A DNA stretch of 32,000 nucleotides from Wolbachia endosymbiont of Litomosoides sigmodontis. GTDB lineage: Bacteria > Pseudomonadota > Alphaproteobacteria > Rickettsiales > Anaplasmataceae. The DNA is taken from positions 60,001-92,000 of the forward strand of contig NZ_CP046577.1 of the NCBI RefSeq assembly GCF_013365435.1. Direction: 5' to 3'. Below, piece after piece: positions 30,145 through 32,000 of the stretch. Numbering within the stretch: position 1 is the first letter of the stretch; the number at the start of each line of letters is the position of its first letter. Below the pieces are notes generated by a model, which was not told the DNA's origin, made no database searches, and saw only the letters and a program-made list of their open reading frames with translations. The translations under genes were made by a program, and so were the position numbers.

Positions 30145-30633
30145 AATTTTTCTACATAAAATTTCTGGTGTTTCTAGTACTTCTTTAGTAACGTACCTAC
30201 AACGTTGTATAAAGATGAAGGAAACTGTAGAGTAGTAGAAGTGATATGTGAGGAGTAAAGAAGGGCTAGAGCTAGGTGACACAACTGTATAAACATAGCA
30301 ATTTATAGGTAATTTACGCAATAAATGGTATTATTTAATGTCTCCTTCTTGTATTATCTTAGTAGTCCCTTTATTATTGTTCCAATACCACGCACTGGAA
30401 TCTAGTAAACTTGTTTAATATTTTCGTCATCTTATGGTTTTTTAGTATAGAAAGCCAGCATCAAGCGCTGGAATATCGGGTAACTGCCACCGTCGTAGCA
30501 AAATTCTTGTAATATCCCTAAGGCGCTGGTAAACAGAGGGATGAAGGTAGCTACAAATATTCAAGGAGTTTATTAAACAGTAGCTAACAGAAGGAATCTG
30601 TTAACCCATGAAGGAGTTCCTTAATTTAAGTTT

Positions 30634-31689
30634 TTATACCAATAACCACTATAAAAAGAACGAATAGACAATAATGAGAAAGGAGATAGACTAAAATAAG
30701 TAAAATAGCAAGGTTTAAGTAGCATTAAATCAAAATTATTGGGTAAAAAGTCGTGAAATCAATAAAAGAAATGCTAAGGAAAGTGCGGAATAACGTATAT
30801 ATTGCAAAAAAAACTAAATGCTATAATTGTAGCAAAAATATGCTGTTCTTTAAGAACAGCGCTAACTGCACGGGTGAAGCCCTAAAATTTAGAAGAGAAG
30901 AAAAATTATTTGCCCTCAACATTGTAGAAAAATTCTCTTGAATCAGACTTAACAAATTGAAGTATAGATACAAAGTAATCCTAATATTACCATATAAAGA
31001 AATGAAGATTAAGAATCCAGGAAAAATTTGGCTTGAATTTTAGCAAATCTCAGTGCAGCATAAAATTATATAAAAATGAGATTTTTGTGTATTGTGCTAA
31101 GACCAATTTACAATGAACAAAATAAAGGTGACAGGAAAAGTTTTAAAAAACTTAATGAAACTATTGTAAGTATCATAAACAAGAGAGTTATTCATCTTTA
31201 ATGAATCGCGGTTTGGCACACATTTGAAAGTTGATACTGGTGATTTAAAAAGAGTGTTGTACACAGGTTAAAGTAAAATGAAGTAGACAAAAATTTTTAT
31301 TTCTACAGTGCAATTAGTTCTAGAAATGAAAAGAATTTTAGGTTGTTTGCACTAAATGTCAACATTGGTTGTATAAATATGTGTTCTGAACAAATGTTGC
31401 AATAAGGACGGGAGGGACCTTTCTTGTCATGAATTTTGTTAATTAGCATAAGTCAAAGAATTTAAAGGTACCTAAAAATATCAAGGTTATATACCTACTA
31501 AAGCTTAATCCTATTGAAAGGCTTTAGTTGTATACAGAACAGAGCATTTTATATGGTAAAGTCTATAATACAATTGCTTTGCTTGAGGGTGCTTTGTACA
31601 GATTTATTACTTCCTCTTCCTTGCTCCGTAATAAAATAACTTTTGTAATGTCACTTATTTGACTTATTAACAACGAGAATTGGTATTAG
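30634..31689 (+). mobile_element. Decayed IS630-family element, copy J (near full length, strongly diverged)
   Basis: The left end is ttataccaataaccactataaaaag and the right end is aacgagaattggtattag. The HTH ORF is 30753-30941. Internal deletions and stops are present. Confidence 0.82.
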
Positions 31690-31878
31690 GTACTTTATTC
31701 ATGTAGTTAATACTGTTCTGAAATGCAATGTGTTTTTGCTGAGGCTATTATACTGTGCTTTTTTGCTATAATTACAGCATTTAGTTCTTTTTCATATATG
31801 CGTTATTTCTTATTTTCTTCAGCATTTTTTTACTGGTTACACGATTTTTTCATCCAATAATTTTGATTTTAATTTAGC
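31690..31878 (-). mobile_element. IS630-family fragment K (HTH-region fragment, inverted)
   Basis: This is the reverse complement of element positions ~70-290 (catccaataattttgattttaatt; ttacagcatttag). It starts directly after the right IR of copy J. No terminal repeat of its own is present. Confidence 0.7.
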
Positions 31879-32000
31879 AACTATATAACTGATAATTCAA
31901 TTGCATACAGTTGTTTTAGATTTATAATAGATAGATAATCATTGTTATTTAAAAATAACCTTTAAGTGCTTTCTTAAAAAGGCGAAAATAGAATAGCACA

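Noticed and set aside
30480-30633. Left flank of copy J as the missing arm of the older inverted copy represented by fragment K
   Set aside because: Only weak, gapped resemblance was seen by eye to the expected reverse-complemented sequence (ttccttaatttaag against ttccaaattttagg; atgaaggag against atgacgttaaggag). That is not enough without a profile alignment.
1-32000. Search for CRISPR arrays, prophage WO modules, cif-like or ankyrin effector genes, restriction-modification or other defence islands
   Set aside because: No regularly spaced direct repeats are present. No large unexplained ORFs are present: every ORF over 150 aa has a clear housekeeping identity. No phage structural or integrase-like sequences are present. 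The only repeats are the IS630-like copies and small palindromes.

Overview
This is an AT-rich chromosomal window that looks like Wolbachia (Anaplasmataceae, Rickettsiales). That call rests on a wsp-type outer membrane protein, a CYHC DsbA, gene content, base composition and a small palindromic repeat. It comes from recognition, not from a database search.

The window holds about 20 ordinary housekeeping or conserved CDS: truA, dnaN, an IalB-like secreted protein, rpoH, wsp, gyrA, petA, gltX, guaA, a TerC-family protein, lysC, a RatA/COQ10-like protein, dsbA, an O-methyltransferase, a GST, dnaX and ybaB. It also holds tRNA-Val(UAC) and an SRP (4.5S) RNA just upstream of dnaX.

Twelve segments of one decayed ~1.1 kb IS630/Tc1-mariner-like insertion sequence are scattered between these genes. 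By my boundary calls they total about 8.9 kb, roughly 28% of the window. Every copy is broken by stops and frameshifts.

I found no CRISPR array, prophage module, defence island or credible toxin-antitoxin pair, and nothing I could defend as a new multi-gene system.

The most interesting signal is how the IS remnants are arranged:
- Neighbouring copies are each other's closest relatives.
- Two inverted pairs bracket gene cassettes (gltX, and the ratA-like island).
- The same foldback composite (inverted 3' half abutting the left end of a full copy) occurs twice.
- Three right ends sit inside other copies.
- One IS end supplies the C-terminal codons and stop of a host gene.
- Several dead copies keep a short ORF covering only the N-terminal HTH region.

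All coordinates for IS ends and RNA genes are hand-derived and may be off by a few nucleotides.
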